A program made the translations under genes and the position numbers. The notes under the pieces were generated by a model that was not told the origin of the DNA, made no database searches, and saw only the letters and a program-made list of their open reading frames with translations. From contig JAUZTB010000027.1 of assembly GCA_034780895.1 (NCBI GenBank), forward strand, positions 19,577,118 through 19,641,117: DNA of 64,000 nt. The letters are read 5' to 3'. This DNA is from Rhynchobatus australiae. Lineage: Eukaryota. Below are positions 1 through 13,464 of the stretch, piece after piece. Each line of letters starts with the position of its first letter. The first letter of the stretch is position 1.

Positions 1-525
1 TCCTCGTGTTCACTCTCCGGAAGACTGATCTTACGTCCTCCACTGTGATCACAGGTTCAGCTGCACTGGAGGCTGTCGGGGTGGATGGTGACAATCCACC
101 TCCCTTCTGTTCAAAACGTGCATAGAATGCATTAAGTTCATCAGGAAGGGATGCACTGTTGTTAACTATGCAGCCCTACTCCATCTTGTAGCCTGTCATG
201 GCATTATAAGCCCTGCCATAACTGGCGGCTGGTCAGGGACTCTACTTTGAGTCGGTATTGCCTCTTGGTATCCCTGATAGTTTTCTGAAGGTCCTACCCC
301 AATTTCTTGTACAGATCAGGATCCCCAGATCTTCAGTAGAGAGTGAATCTCCCGGTTCAACCATGATTTTGTCTTTGGGAACACCCATATTGTCCTCTTT
401 GGTACATGGTCCTCAACACCCTTGCTGATAAAGTCTGTAATGGTGGTGACATACTCATCAAGGCTGGCAGCTGAGTCTTTGAACATGGACCAGTCCACTG
501 TCTCGAAGCAGTCACATAGGAGATT
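1..525 (-). mobile_element. Rex1/Babar-type non-LTR retrotransposon, ORF2 internal fragment (between endonuclease and RT), frameshifted; runs off the window start
   Basis: The minus-strand translation DWSMFKDSAASLDEYVTTITDFISKGVEDHVPKRTIWVFPKTKSWLNREIHSLLK continues in other frames as ...NNSASLPDELNAFYARFEQ...VITVEDVRSVFRRVNTR. These motifs are typical of fish Rex1/Babar LINE ORF2. Confidence 0.8.
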
Positions 526-779
526 GTTATCTTTGGGAATTTAAGTTATGTGTGATGAAAACTCTTGAGATTAATATAGCTGACCCACCTTGGCTATTTC
601 CTTTATTGCCAGTCTTCCTGGAGCCAGGGCAATGCCACCTTCATGACAGAAGTGTTGTGAAATGGACCACAGCATCACTACTGGTGCTAACATGGTTAGT
701 TCAATGAATTTTTGTATTGTGTTCCTTCTTCCATTTTCTTGTTGAAGGACAAAGCCTCTCTAAGTCAAACTCCACATTT

Positions 780-950
780 AAGCAGCCAGAGTGGTTTTCT
801 GTCACGTAGCCATTTCACAACTCCTTTGCCAAATAGTAATTCTGACAATGCTGCACTCCTTCAATGCTGCACAGTAGTAAGTAATTTCTGGATTGCAATT
901 TGAACCCATGGCTTTTTGACTCTGAGGTTTCAGTGCTGCCAATTTGAGCT
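780..950 (-). mobile_element. Degenerate 5' fragment of a Deu-domain (SacSINE1-like) SINE
   Basis: ctgacaatgctgcactccttcaatgctgcac...ttgaacccatggctttttgactctgagg resembles the reverse complement of the tRNA-derived head (B-box gggttcaa) of SacSINE1-type SINEs; recognised from memory. Confidence 0.4.
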
Positions 951-2544
951 TTGATCATGTTGGCAGATAGCTGTGGTGTCGATGTCAGGTTCCAATAGAG
1001 CATGATCTGTCTTGTGATAGGAAGCCAGAGATAAGCTGTAAGTGCTGTGATGTGAGTCATTACAGTATGGATGAATAATGGATTATTGTCCAAAATAAAT
1101 GTTTGGATCAAAAGGCAGTGAGCAAATACCTCCTTTTTTTAAAATCATAAAACATAAATCTATTGTGTTTGAGTTGCATCTGTCCAAATTGTTGGTGATT
1201 ACTAGGCCTTGATTTTGAAATGATTTTAAAAAAAGCTACAGATATTTTTTTCAGGAGGAATAGTCCAGCATTTCTTTTTTGAATTCCAACTTCTTCTATC
1301 AAGTGAATATATTTTGTTACTAGGAGTTAATTTGCTTGCCAGTGTGTATGTGCTTTTTATAAGGTACCTGGCAAAAACTTAGAAAAATAGATTTTGGATG
1401 TACTTGAGTACTGTTGGTGAATTTCTGTCTTCATGAATACTTGTAATGTATCGGAACAGAATCAGCAGACTGTATTGCCACAGCTTTGAATTGGTGGGTT
1501 GACAGCTGCTCGTTTGGCAGACGTTGTGAAGCCCAGTGAGTTGACAGGAAGGACGCTAATGTTTCAGCAGGGCTCTGACTAAGCTAGCTGCGTTGCAGCA
1601 TCTGAATGTGTTGTTCTACAGTGATAGTAATTTGAAACAGAAGTAGTTCTTGGCAGAGATCGCAGTCTGCTCTCCAAAGCAGGGAAGCTGGCAGATTGTG
1701 TTGGAGTGCATTGTCTGAATCGTAATCGGCCAACGCTTAACTGCTTCTTTAGAAAGATTGCTTTAAACCTGATTCAAAAAATAATAAGATTTTTTTTTTA
1801 TTTAGTGAAAACTATTATAAAGTTACAACATCATGGTGAGTGCAGAGCACCAAGGAACCAGTTGTAGGGTAAAGTTTGATGGACCTTTAGAAGAGTTGCT
1901 ATTCAGCCAATACATCCAGGCCTTGGTTTTATCTTGAGCCTTCCATGTAGTGGGGTGGAATCCTTTGCACCTGTATTAACTACTTTTCATACAGACTCCA
2001 GTCCATGCGAGCTCCAATTATAATTTTGCTATTCCTACTTTTTGAGCTCGAGATACAACAGTCACATGAAGAAAGGGACAATTTCTCTGTGGGTGTGACC
2101 AACAGAATGGTGTAAATATAGCCAGGCTCATTCCAGGCCTCACCAGGGAAAGGACAATACTCAGTTTTTCATTTGCTATCTGCTTCAGTCACATTACCAG
2201 AACAGTCTAGACACTATTCATCTTGTCAGTTTGACATTAATTTAAAAATGTTTTGTTTAATAAAGCTGCTTATATAAGTGACTATTACATACAATCCTTC
2301 TGCTTGTAATTGTATTGCTCTCCCATTATTTAAATATCACAGTGGTTCTGTATGGAACTGAAAACTACTATAGCACAAAGATACTCAAACTGGGTGCCAT
2401 GACACCAATATTTTATTTCTTTAACATCATTGTGAGAGAGCGATGGGTCAGTTCAGGTTAACATGCCTCAGGTTCTTGGGTTCTAGCCTAATCTGAATGT
2501 CTGACTTTGTTGCAACGATATTGTATGAAGATGATCTGAAAACA

Positions 2545-2625
2545 TGTCTGAAATAAAACAGAAGATGAAACACTCAGTAGGTCAGGCAAATGGGAAAGGT
2601 AGCTAACGTTTCAGGTCAGTGAACC
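2545..2625 (-). mobile_element. Penelope-like terminal (pLTR) fragment
   Basis: tctgaaataaaacagaagatgaaacactcagtaggtcaggca...aacgtttcaggtca matches the family seen at 7235, 51685, 53030, 59480 and 59920. Confidence 0.55.
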
Positions 2626-5136
2626 AGCTCAGCCTTATTGCACAGAACTGCATTCTTTTACAGTGTAAGTTGATTGCTTTTGTTACTGTATTGAATCTAT
2701 TTTTAATAACATCTCTAGGCTTAATTGCTGTATGCTACAAAACTATGATTGGATGTAGAAAATAATATACTGGATCTTCCTCTGCGATTTTAGTGTTATC
2801 AGGCCCAAGAGTATCAAAGGCTTTCAGTTACTTTGTAATATTACTGCATGAAAATCTCAGTTTTCCACTGTGTACTATTTTAGTAGAAAGAATGGACCAG
2901 TCAGAACTACAAAACGAGACTTGATTAAAATCAAGCACAGAATGTCACATGGAAGCATGTTTGATTCTAAACATTGCAAATGGTAACTTACAGTCACTGA
3001 AAGTTGAAGCTATTAGTCTGGTTTATTTTCTGAGTTGGTTCGTGCATGACATTTGCTTGAACCCATCGGTGAAGTGCAGGTAACCTGTCCAACTCCTTGG
3101 TTGGATATGATGGTCTATTATTACCCTCCTGTGATCTGTTTTACTTCTGTGGTCTCCTGCCATCCCCTACCCCATCTGTCTCCTCCCCCTCCTCTCAGCC
3201 TTCCCTTCCCCAAATCCCTACTCTTTTGGGAAGCCCTGGCTGTATATCACACTAGAGCACTTACACATTACCTAAAATCAATGTGTTGCATACCTAACTT
3301 TCTACTTACTCATAGGACCATTTAAAACAATCTAAATCTAATAAATGTAAAAATATCTAAAATCTGGTACTTGTAAAGATGCACATAAATAACGATTGGT
3401 TATATAATTCTGTCCAGCACTGAGAGTCCTATTTATTAGGGTTCTGAAATGCAGTAAATAGTGGTGCAAATAAACACCATTATTGATGCAGTCTTCAACA
3501 TCATTTTTCAGGGCTTTTAAAATTCTCACAAACACAACACATTTCCAACTTCCAATAAAAGGCTGCAATTTATTTCAATTTTGCCATACCTCCTACTTTG
3601 CTATCTTCAAAGCAGACTCTTTCACTTTGTCTCCATTGTGACATTGTAACGGAGAGATTCCCTGGTGACAAATGATTCCAGGTGAGGTGTATTATCCAAA
3701 CCACATTTGATATCAAGCATTTTCTTTTTAAATGGCCCACCAGGCATTGCTTTTATTTTGAAGCCCTGCCCAACAAAGTCCGACTACAAATGGAAGGAAC
3801 ACAAAGTGTCATTGCTNNNNNNNNNNNNNNNNNNNNNNNNNNNNNNNNNNNNNNNNNNNNNNNNNNNNNNNNNNNNNNNNNNNNNNNNNNNNNNNNNNNN
3901 NNNNNNNNNNNNNNNNCCATGAAACTTGCTCTCGCAAATGAATGAATTGTTAGAAGTGGAAATATACCTGAAGTCTGTAAACCGTCTGAAGTAGTTTTAC
4001 AGGCTGTTATAAGTGGAACAGTTGAGAACATCCAATAAAATACACCCACTAGCCTTATTCTCACAAATTGGGGATGTAATGTTGCTGCTTATAATGCAGG
4101 CAGCAAAAGGGAAAAGTTATAGTTGTGTTCTATTCCATCTCTTTTTCCAAGTTGCATATTTTAGATCTTTTGGATATTTAGTTTATATGAAATTTTTCTT
4201 AGACATTTACATTCAGGGATTCCTTCAGGTTTTTTCCCCTTTTTTTGCTGCTTTGGAGAAAAGGTCACATTTTTTTAACCAGGTTCCTCAGTGTTTTATT
4301 GCTGGGTGCTTGGCTTATTAGTAATTTAAACATTGGATAGGTTGATTGTCGTTCTGCACTGTAGAAGAAGAAAAAGTAATTTAAAGCTGCGTGATTCTAG
4401 TTTTCAATGAATTGGAGTCAGTTGGAAGTACTATTATATCTCGTAACAAATCTACCAGCCTGTCAGTGATGATTGGGGACTTTAGTATCCAGAAAACATT
4501 AATTTCCACACTTCTTGTGAGAAAACTGGTAAATTATGAATTTGCAATTAGGCACAGGCACTGACACTCATGTGAATTACTTGGATCTTTTCCTTTACCC
4601 TAGAATTGACTGACCAGTGAATAAATGAAATAGTTTTGTGTATGTGATAAATTATTGGTATGCATCATTACAACAAATTTGCTATGGTTATTTCCCACCA
4701 AAGTGACTTCGTTTGTAGGATGAAGTTTTTCATCCATTATAATCCCTGAAAGCCATAGACTTGAGTCTCTTAAAAACTGTGCTCTGATTTTTACCTGTTA
4801 TTCTTCCTTCAGACTGAACTAATGCTAAAAACTAACAATTTGATCCAGCGCTGCATTATGATTTGATCATTGGCTGTATGATTTAAAATTATATTGAAAT
4901 GCATATATTCTGAATTATGTAATGTCAGGTGGCAGTTTGAGTCTGTCTTCAGTTTTCTGAAATTAAAATGCACAGAACAAGCATGTATAAATTAGTTTAC
5001 ATAGTGTTGTGTTTTGCCTATTACTTTCATTCATTGTTTAACTTATTAATGTAACATTTAATGGAACAAATCTCGGGTAGTTAATTGGAACATGAAAACC
5101 TAAATAGAATTTAAGCAAAATTCTCTTTATTTTTAG

Positions 5137-5192
5137 CTCGTTCCCCGGTCTTCAGTGCTATGTTTGAACATGAAATGGAAGAAAGCAAAAAG
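5137..5192 (+). CDS. SPOP: Internal coding exon of speckle-type POZ protein (BTB domain), 56 bp
   Basis: Acceptor ttctctttatttttag|CTCGTT and donor AAAAAG|gtaatg. It translates (A)RSPVFSAMFEHEMEESKK, identical to human SPOP as I recall it (SPOPL has VFNAMF). The 56-bp, phase 1 to 0 structure matches the known SPOP exon. It is too short to appear in the ORF track. Confidence 0.92.
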
Positions 5193-5670
5193 GTAATGCA
5201 TAACATGATGCATAATCAGAAATCATATGGGCAGTACTTTGCCTCTGACGTACTCAATATTTTTATTTGAATTTTGCCCCTTCACACCCCCCCCCCACCA
5301 GTAATGGATGTAAATGCAAAGCATTTCAATGAATCAGATACTCAAATGCAAAAGCGGGTTGTTTTCTCCTTTGTAGCTTCTGATTGGTAAGCAGGAAATT
5401 TTGTGGGTTATTTTTTTGGGGGTACAATAAGACTGATGTAAGTCAAGGTTCTTTATTTTACTTCAGGAGGACTCATTAAAATAATATATCTCTATCTCAA
5501 TGGTGGCTTTTATCCGGAAGATATTTGGTCATTTTCCTCTATAGATATTAATAAACAACAGTACAGTGTCACTAGAAGATGACAGGAGAAAAGGTGGTGT
5601 GTCAGCAGAATGGGCTAACAGATTACCCATCGCTAGGAACAAAGATTCAACAACCAATTCAAGCTCGAGC

Positions 5671-5873
5671 AACAAACTATCTGCTGGAGGAACTCAGCAG
5701 GTCGAGCAGCATCTCTGGGAGGAAACAAATTGTTGACATTTCGAATTGAAACCCTGCCGAAAGGTCGACAGTTCCTCCCCCCTCCCCGCCACAGATGCTG
5801 CTCGACCCACTGAGTTCCTCCAGCAGATCATTTGTTGCTCCAGGTTCCAGCATCTGCAGTCTCTTGTCTCCAG
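5671..5873. mobile_element. 203-bp fold-back Penelope-derived insertion with a 13-bp target-site duplication
   Basis: ttcaagctcgagc occurs at 5658-5670 and 5874-5886. The arms aacaaactatctgctggaggaactcagcaggtcgagcagcatct and agatgctgctcgacccactgagttcctccagcagatcatttgtt are near reverse complements. The element ends with the ccagcatctgcagtc tail shared by the family. Confidence 0.8.
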
Positions 5874-6420
5874 TTCAAGCTCGAGCCACATTCTAAACTT
5901 AACCAGGAGACTAAGTGCTCTGACTAGGCAGCTTGTGATTCACGGCAGTTCAGATGTTGCACAGGGCCACAGGGAGGCCTTTGGAGCAAAGAGGAACACT
6001 GCTGCTCGATGGTGTTTCATAACAATGTATCCCAGAAGCTTTCCTGGGTTCTCTTGGAAAAAGTAGCAATGTTCCACTTGAGGTCTGCTGGTAAGGCTGC
6101 TCGAAAGAGATAAGGTGGTAGGAATCAGCTATTGAGGTTGAAGGAACAATCCCAATATTCCCTCGCTGAATGGGTGGGTCTTCTGGAAGGAATTGCAATC
6201 AAAACAAGAGTTCAGAGCAGAGGAATCTAAACTTTCCTTGTGGGCTTGTGGGACCTGGATAAGCACCCATTCTCTGTATGGTTCCACTTTGAAAGTTCGA
6301 AGAAAACATCTTCCTATTGTCACAGCAAGTCAGTCTGTGCTTATGTTGGGAGTGCTCTGCATCCCTGCTTTTCGCAATTCATACAGTCCTTTGTGTTCTC
6401 ACTCTCCAACTACCCTCTTT

Positions 6421-7050
6421 TCAAAGTCTAAGTCAAATTTCTTGCCATATGCACAAGTACAAGTATGCATAGGTGCAATGATAAATTTACTTGCATTAAC
6501 ACCACAGGTACATTGCATCTGATACACAACATTCACAAGAAAACAAATTAAACATAAATTATACATAAGTTTTACAAGAGAGAGCACAATTAGAACCAAA
6601 ATAAAACACAGCCTATTGTAGTGCAAAGTGGTCATGGTGTTGCTATGTTCAAGAACCGAATGGTTGAAGGGAAGTAGCTGTTCTTGAACCTGGTAGTGTG
6701 GAATTTCAGGCTCCTGTACTTCCTGCCTGATGGTAGCTGCGAGAAGATGGCATGGCTCGGAGGGTAGGGATCTTTGATGATAGATGCTGCCTTCTTGAGG
6801 AGGTGCCGATAGTGGGAAGGGAAGTGCTGGTGATGTATTGGGCCATTTCCACTACCTTCTGCAGCTTCTTGCATTTCTGTACATTTGAATTGCCGTACCA
6901 CACCATGATGCAACCAGTCAGGATACTTTCAGCAGTACATCTGTAGAAGTTTATTACAGTGTTCACTGACATGCCAAACCTCCTTAACCTTCTAAGAATG
7001 TAAAGACACTGGTGCGCTTTCCTTGTGATTACATTTATGTGCTAGGTCCT
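6421..7050 (-). mobile_element. Rex1/Babar-type LINE 3' end (5'-truncated)
   Basis: Minus-strand ORFs give NFYRCTAESILTGCIMVWYGN and LKKAASIIKDPYPPSHAIFSQLPSGRKYRSLKFHTTRFKNSYFPSTIR (C-terminal DUF1891-like region). The 3' UTR ends in a gacttt-type tail and is homologous to 50905-51378. Confidence 0.85.
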
Positions 7051-7234
7051 TCTTTCATAGCTTATATGAACAATGGACCACGTTTTTACTCCCTGTCAGC
7101 CTCCATTAATCTATTGACCAGACTTTCACATTTAAAGCTTATTCCCAGGGCAACCCTGAACCTCGCATTATCTGAAATATTCTTTTTGTCCTATCCCTGC
7201 CTTGCCCACTCTCACTAGAACTTGATACTAACTT

Positions 7235-7355
7235 CTTTGACCTGAAATGTTAAATCCGTTTTGCCTTCCACAGACGCTGCCTGACCCGCTGACTGTTTCC
7301 AACATTTTCTGTTTTTATTTCAGATTTCTAGCATCTGCAGTTTTTTGATCTTCAC
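7235..7355 (+). mobile_element. Penelope-like terminal (pLTR) fragment
   Basis: gacctgaaatgttaa...ccacagacgctgcctgacccgctgactgtttccaacattttctgtttttatttcagatttctagcatctgcag. Confidence 0.65.
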
Positions 7356-7479
7356 TTTTCACAGATGATATTTTCATAGTTGAAGTAGCAAGGGAATCAA
7401 AATGGTTTTTGAAGGATTTGAGCACTTCAATCCATATGTAACTCATAACCATCAAACCAGATGTTTGACCAGCTATTTC

Positions 7480-8560
7480 TTTAACTCTAAACTCCTTTAG
7501 AGTTAATTACTTTTGTTGGAGATTCATATCATCTACACGATGTGGAGAATATTCATACCTATAAACTTGAACTTCATAAACTCACAGAGGCGTTCTCTCA
7601 TTCTGTATTCTTGTTGCTAATCAGATAACTTGGTTATATTTATATAATCTATGTCTTGCAGCTTTTCCAGGAGTTCTGTTTTGTGCACCTCTTCTCCCAG
7701 TCCTGTAAAAATTGTTGTTTGATAATTTGGCCATAAAGTCCTGGGAAAATTTATGCCATTCTTCTCAGAATGAATATTAGCTCAAAGATGTTCTTTGAAG
7801 TGGGGCATTCAAAGTTATTTCCAGTACTCCAGATCTGCATAAAGTTAAAATAACTTGCTTTGACTTGTAATCAAATGCCCTTGAGATACATCCCAATACT
7901 TGATTACCTTGTTCGTAACAGCTTTCCACTGACTGGAAACATCCAGTGAATCATCAATAATCACACCCAAGTGCTTTTCTTTTCCACCTTTGTTAATGGA
8001 CATCCTTTCATTTGGCATACTTGGCATATGTTTCCTGTTGCAGTATGCATTACCTTTCATTTATATATCTGCATTAAAATCTATCTACTGTTGCTTAATC
8101 TATTTGCTTAATTGTTTAGATCCCTTTGAATGCATATTGCTTATATTCATCACCTGACCAAATTAGTAGCTTGTGCTGAGCCAATTTTATAATTTTATTA
8201 AAAGTGCCTTGCTTCATATTATTTATGAATATGGAGAACTGTGAAACTGAATGACTGCAAGCAAACTTCAATCATCAACACCCTCCACCTAGACCTTTTT
8301 TCCATTTATCATCACATCCTGTTTTCTCTTGCCAAGCCAATTTTTAATCCAACTATTTCATCATTAATTCTGTATCATGACTGCTGAAAAATTTCACCCA
8401 CTGAAAGTCATCAGATCTTTCCTGTGAAAGAAAATGGGTGCAGATTTTGTTGATTCTCCAACTGTGGTCCACTGACTTTTTTAAAAACATTCTTTTCCCA
8501 AAGAAAATGAGTTGCCTAATGCACTTCAAAAACCGAAGAAGAGGCAAATTAAGGATTTGG
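7480..8560 (-). mobile_element. Old, heavily decayed CR1 LINE RT/3' region
   Basis: The minus-strand ORF KEKHLGVIIDDSLDVSSQWKAVTNKVIKYWD resembles the CR1 motif ERDLGVxVDxxLxxSxQCxxAVKKANxxLG. Boundaries are vague. Confidence 0.55.
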
Positions 8561-11239
8561 CCTAATATCTCTTAGAATGCCAATTTTTATCTATTTACAT
8601 AACTTCTTCATGACAGCAGCTATAAAAGTATTCTGGAGAAAAATATTACTTAGAAAAATCCAAATCTCTTGAATGCAGTGAGAGCTATGTATGGAATATT
8701 TCTTTGGAGAGTACTGAGTGACTGTGACTTTGTGCATGGCCAGATGCTTGGGAGAGTGGCTGGTGTGAGCGAATGGCAGATGGCAGTATGTAATAGGAAT
8801 TTAACAAATGGTGTAGGTCGGTAGAGTGCAGCCACACTAAGTGACATCAAACAGAAGGGTTATAAACACAGGTGGTAACCTGGAATTTTTCATTTAAACA
8901 CAAATGAATAAAAAGACTGGAGATCANNNNNNNNNNNNTGGAACTGTGACATTGGAAACCCGAGCTTTCTCCTTCAACTTCAAAACACACACATTATATT
9001 CATCTAATTTGTGAATATAGAGTATGCTAATATTTAATAAATTGCTGTACCTTTTTCCTGTGGAACTTGGAGTGATTCCAGTCTGAAGATTTGTAACCAG
9101 GCAGTTACATTCCCTTTCATTTGAAACCCAATTGTATCCAGATCAGCAACATTAGTGTTGGCACTTCAAAACTCTACCCAGTCACCAATTCTTACCCGTA
9201 GAGACAGGGAAGGTAGTGAGGTCTCTGCTGTCAAAGACACAGCCTGTGACTGCTGCAGGAATGTGACTGATAGAGTGAGTCTTCTGTACTGGAAGAGTTG
9301 ATAGGATGGTGGATCTGTGCACTTCATTCCAGAGTAATTACAGGATTAAATGTGGCATCACCTTGACGGAACTTTAGAATATTGTACAAGACCAATAAAC
9401 CAATTCCTCTTTTAAATAATATTCTGAGGAAACATTTATTGTATTCTTTCATAGCACATGAGCANNNNNNNNNNNNNNNNNNNNNNNNNNNNNNNNNNNN
9501 NNNNNNNNNNNNNNNNNNNNNNNNNNNNNNNNNNNNNNNNNNNNNNNNNNNNNNNNNNNNNNNNATGAGCATTGTTGGCAAGGACATCATCTTTTACCCA
9601 TCACTTATTGGCCTTGAAGAAATATTAGCTCTTTTCAATGTTTTTATTTTATTTATTGAACAAAAATAGTATTGATGAACACTTCAAGTATTGTCAAGAG
9701 TTGGAAGCATGTTTACCTGGCAATCATTATTTCAACATAGATAAAAGCAAGTTGATTTTCAATTCCATTGCCTTGGATAGAGCAGTGTGGTGTGATGGAA
9801 TTTATCTTCTGGTTTTCCCTGTCTGTTTCTGAACAATAATATATTTAAATTAATAATATTTTAAATTAAAATTATAATATTACTTCCTTCAAGAGGCTCT
9901 TGGTTGATACTGCAATTTTCCTTCAAATTCTATTGATATAATTTTATTTTTGATTTTGACCAGATTTCACAGGTGATTTTTCTCTTCATGGAAACTTCAG
10001 ACAATGAATTGCTCACTGATGAATTAAGAGCTTCTATTTTTAAAACAAAATTGTTTCTTAATTCTTGTATATTTTTTGTCTTAACTTTTGAAATAAATTA
10101 TTTTGCTTAGAAGCAGGGAGGTATATCTGCAAATATTTAGTATCCACATGTAAAATATTTGTTTGCTTTCGTACAGGTTTACAAGTCAGTTCCTCTTCCA
10201 TAATATCATTACCTTGAGGGAATAAATGTAAGACAGAGAGGATTCAGTTTGTGCATTTTTGTTTCAGCCAGTGTGATGCTAATGCTACTTGTGGGTGTGA
10301 TTCAATTTCCATAATCCATATCTGATTAAGCACTAGGCACAGGCACAGAAAATATTGAGAAGATGCATCTAAACTGTAAATCAGCTCAGTCTAATTGAAT
10401 GGCCCAAAACATGACCCGAGATTTACCCCATACTGCAGCTTTTAAAATGTGACCCCTTCAAGTTGTGAACTATTCTATTTGAGACTCTTTCTTCTCTTGA
10501 CATTTTTACTGCTTTTTGAACATTTTCCAGAACCTACTCTATCATCACATCTTTAGAAGGGAAAGGGTGTGGAAGTCTTAGTGATCCTAACTGTAGTTTT
10601 TAAAGATCTCAAAGCTGAATGGCTTAAGTTTCTATAATATTATAGTGTTTTTGAGCATGGAATCACGTTTACAGCTAAATGTAGTCAGATATTTAAAAGC
10701 TGTGTTTGTCTGTTGTGAGTGCAAAATGAGCAACAAAATTGCATACCATTACTAATAGGTAATTCCAAGTATTCAGTACCTAATGGTTGTGAGATAGCAG
10801 GAAAGAAGCATAATTGCATGGTGCAACTCAGTGTGCACTATTTGGAATGCATTTAAAGACTTCAAACAAAAACCATTGAAAGGTCTTTATTGTTATCCTT
10901 TTTTTTGTAACAAACAAGGGTGTTTTGAAGCCATTGCCTCTACGTGAATAGCATTTGCTGATTTCAGTTCTGCCTCATGATGCCTAACACAATAGGGTTA
11001 CACAAAAAAAACTTTTATACAGTTGAACCGATATTGGCTATTGGCATTTTTGTGAGGAAGCAGTCATTAATCACAATTATATGAAAATCTATCATTTTAA
11101 GCTATGTGGTCATCCTCTAAGCGCGTTGGCAGCAGATTGGAGAAAATGGTTGATAGCACATTATTAAACAGTCAAGCAGTACATCCTGTTGTCAGTACTT
11201 TTAGTACCTGACTACTGAAAGTGCCGATGTAAGGTATTA

Positions 11240-12010
11240 GTCTGAGAAATGAAAGCAGAAAATGCTGAAAATATTCAGCAGATCAGGCAGAATCTGCATA
11301 GAGACAAACAAAGTTAATGTATCATGNNNTCACTGCTTTCTCCAGCTCTGATTAAACTGGTTTTAAGCAAGTATAGAGGCAGGAAGAAAATGTTTGCTGG
11401 GGTTGGGGACGATCTGTGAAGGGGTGCAAATTTGGCTTCCACTCGGTACCACTTCCCACTGATTGCACTCTGTCTTCCTCCTGTCAGAACCACAATAGGC
11501 TCACCTACCCCACCACCCCATCCTAATTTGTCAATAGACTGTCCTCTCCCATTTCTGATTCTATGATTTCCATTCATCGAGATGCATCAAGCACATCTTC
11601 CTCTATACTCCCTTTTCAATATTCCAAAGATTCCACTGCTCCATGGCATCCTAATTCACTTCTCAATCCCATTCCCATTTTCAAATACCTCTCCACGCAA
11701 CAATTGCTCCTTTTGTCTTCACCCTCTCAACCGCCCAGGATTCCAGACATTCATTCTAGGTGAAAAAATATTTCACTCGTACTGTTTTCAATTTAACGCA
11801 CTGTATTTTCTGCTCATGACCCAGCCTTCACTAAACCAGGGAGACCAGAGTAGATTTGGTGACTACTTGCACAATCTTCTTCTTCAGTCCACAAGGTTGA
11901 CATAAAGCTTCTGCTCACCTGTTGTTTTAATTCAGTACACTGCTCCTATCGTCACTATTCCTGCACTGCCTTCAGCTTCCTGCATTTTCCAACAAAGATT
12001 CTTACATTCC
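11240..12010 (+). mobile_element. Penelope-like element remnant: inverted terminus followed by a decayed GIY-YIG endonuclease region
   Basis: 11240-11325 is the terminus in reverse orientation. The + strand peptide GDQSRFGDYLHNLL resembles the Penelope GIY-YIG motif GETKRRLGDRFxEHL. Confidence 0.55.
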
Positions 12011-12014
12011 ATTA

Positions 12015-12155
12015 GAGAGTCATTGAGTCATATACCACGGAAACAGGCCCTTTGGTCCAAATCATCCATCCAACCAAGAAGTCTGTCTGAGCTCATCCTA
12101 TTTGCCTGCATTTGGCCAATGTTCCTCTAAACCTTTTCTATCCACGTACCTGTAC
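12015..12155 (-). mobile_element. CR1 (HER1-like) LINE 3' tail
   Basis: agagtcattgagtcatataccacggaaacaggccctttggtccaa...ctaaaccttttctatccacgtacctg is the reverse complement of an elasmobranch CR1 3' end with a short tandem tail. Confidence 0.7.
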
Positions 12156-12179
12156 CTGTCTACCTTCTGTATTCATCAG

Positions 12180-12710
12180 CTCAGTTAAAATGTCATCACA
12201 CACATCCTACTTCAAAGCAATCCTGGTTCAGCTACATTGGGTCCTGGTACCCCATTATCTCAGATTTAAAATGTTTGGCGTTAGCCCATCCTGTCTATTA
12301 ATTTGCTTCTAAGTTGTGGGTGCACTGACAAGGACAGCGTATAATGTATCGTATCTCTGCAGTGTCCTAGAGCATTACAGCCCCCGCCCCAATTCTCTTG
12401 CCCCACCCAAAGGACCCTCACACCTACACCACTAAACTTCCTGTTCTCCTAACCCATGGGTCATGCATATCTTTCCCTCCTTTTGTTCCATCATTACAAG
12501 CAGCTTCTAAAGATCTCTGCTCTGGGCAGACCTTCCTATCTTTAGCTCGCCTCTTTCACATAAAGACGTTCCTTAAAACTGAACTCTTTGAATATGCTTT
12601 GAGTTGTACCTTTTTTTATGTCTTGAGCTTTGACTCATTGTCCATTTTATTTCCTTCAGCCTCTCTGAAACTCTGTAGGATTTCCCCACTTTGCTTCAGA
12701 TTAACACTGT
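12180..12710 (+). mobile_element. L2 LINE 3' end, decayed
   Basis: The peptide ILVQLHWVLVPHYLRFKMF resembles the L2 C-terminal motif PxLxxLHWLPVxxRIxFKIL. Downstream KTFLKTELF resembles L2 FKxxLKTxLF. Confidence 0.55.
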
Positions 12711-13464
12711 AGCCAAACCTCTTCAATGGCATTTCTACATCTGAAATGGGTGCAGAAATATAAATATTTATGTCTTTACACTCAGACTTTCTCCAATGCC
12801 ACTGATCATCATTCAGGAAAAATTATCTCCAATGTACTTGATACATTGATCCCTAAACTTCTGTATTACCAGTTTCTGGCTTAAAGGATAAGCTTTGTTG
12901 TCAAAGTAATTTCTGTTGGTTTTACAGGTTGCAGAAGACTGTTGGTATTTTATTGTTGCAAATGATATTATGGTAATGTGCTGACTCCTCTCTGCTCATG
13001 TTTCCATGATCTACTTTAATTAGATGTAGCAAAAGACAAACAACTTGAAGCCCCCTTGTCAACTGCTGAATTAATTTGGTTGACCAGCTCTTGAATTCTG
13101 AGCAATTGTTTCCTCCCACAAAATAAGGATTTGCCCCTTCCCTACCACTTCCTTCTACTTGCACCCTTGATCATGCACCTGCTCCCTACCATCTGGTACT
13201 GAAGAAAAAGTGCACAAACTAACCAGCTCCATTCTCGTAATCTCTCATAGCGCAGTTGTTTCCTCCTTCCAGCATTTGCTGTTTGGTATTACAGTGCCAT
13301 CTTTTAACTGGCTCTCTTCAAGGCACACTGCAGGAATGCATGCATGTTGCCATCCCAGCATGGCATAGCAACATGAAATCTTTAAACACACCCGCTAATA
13401 GCTAGTGGGTAAATTCAAATTTTGCTACATTCATTAGAACATTTTAAAAACCTTGCACTTTAAG

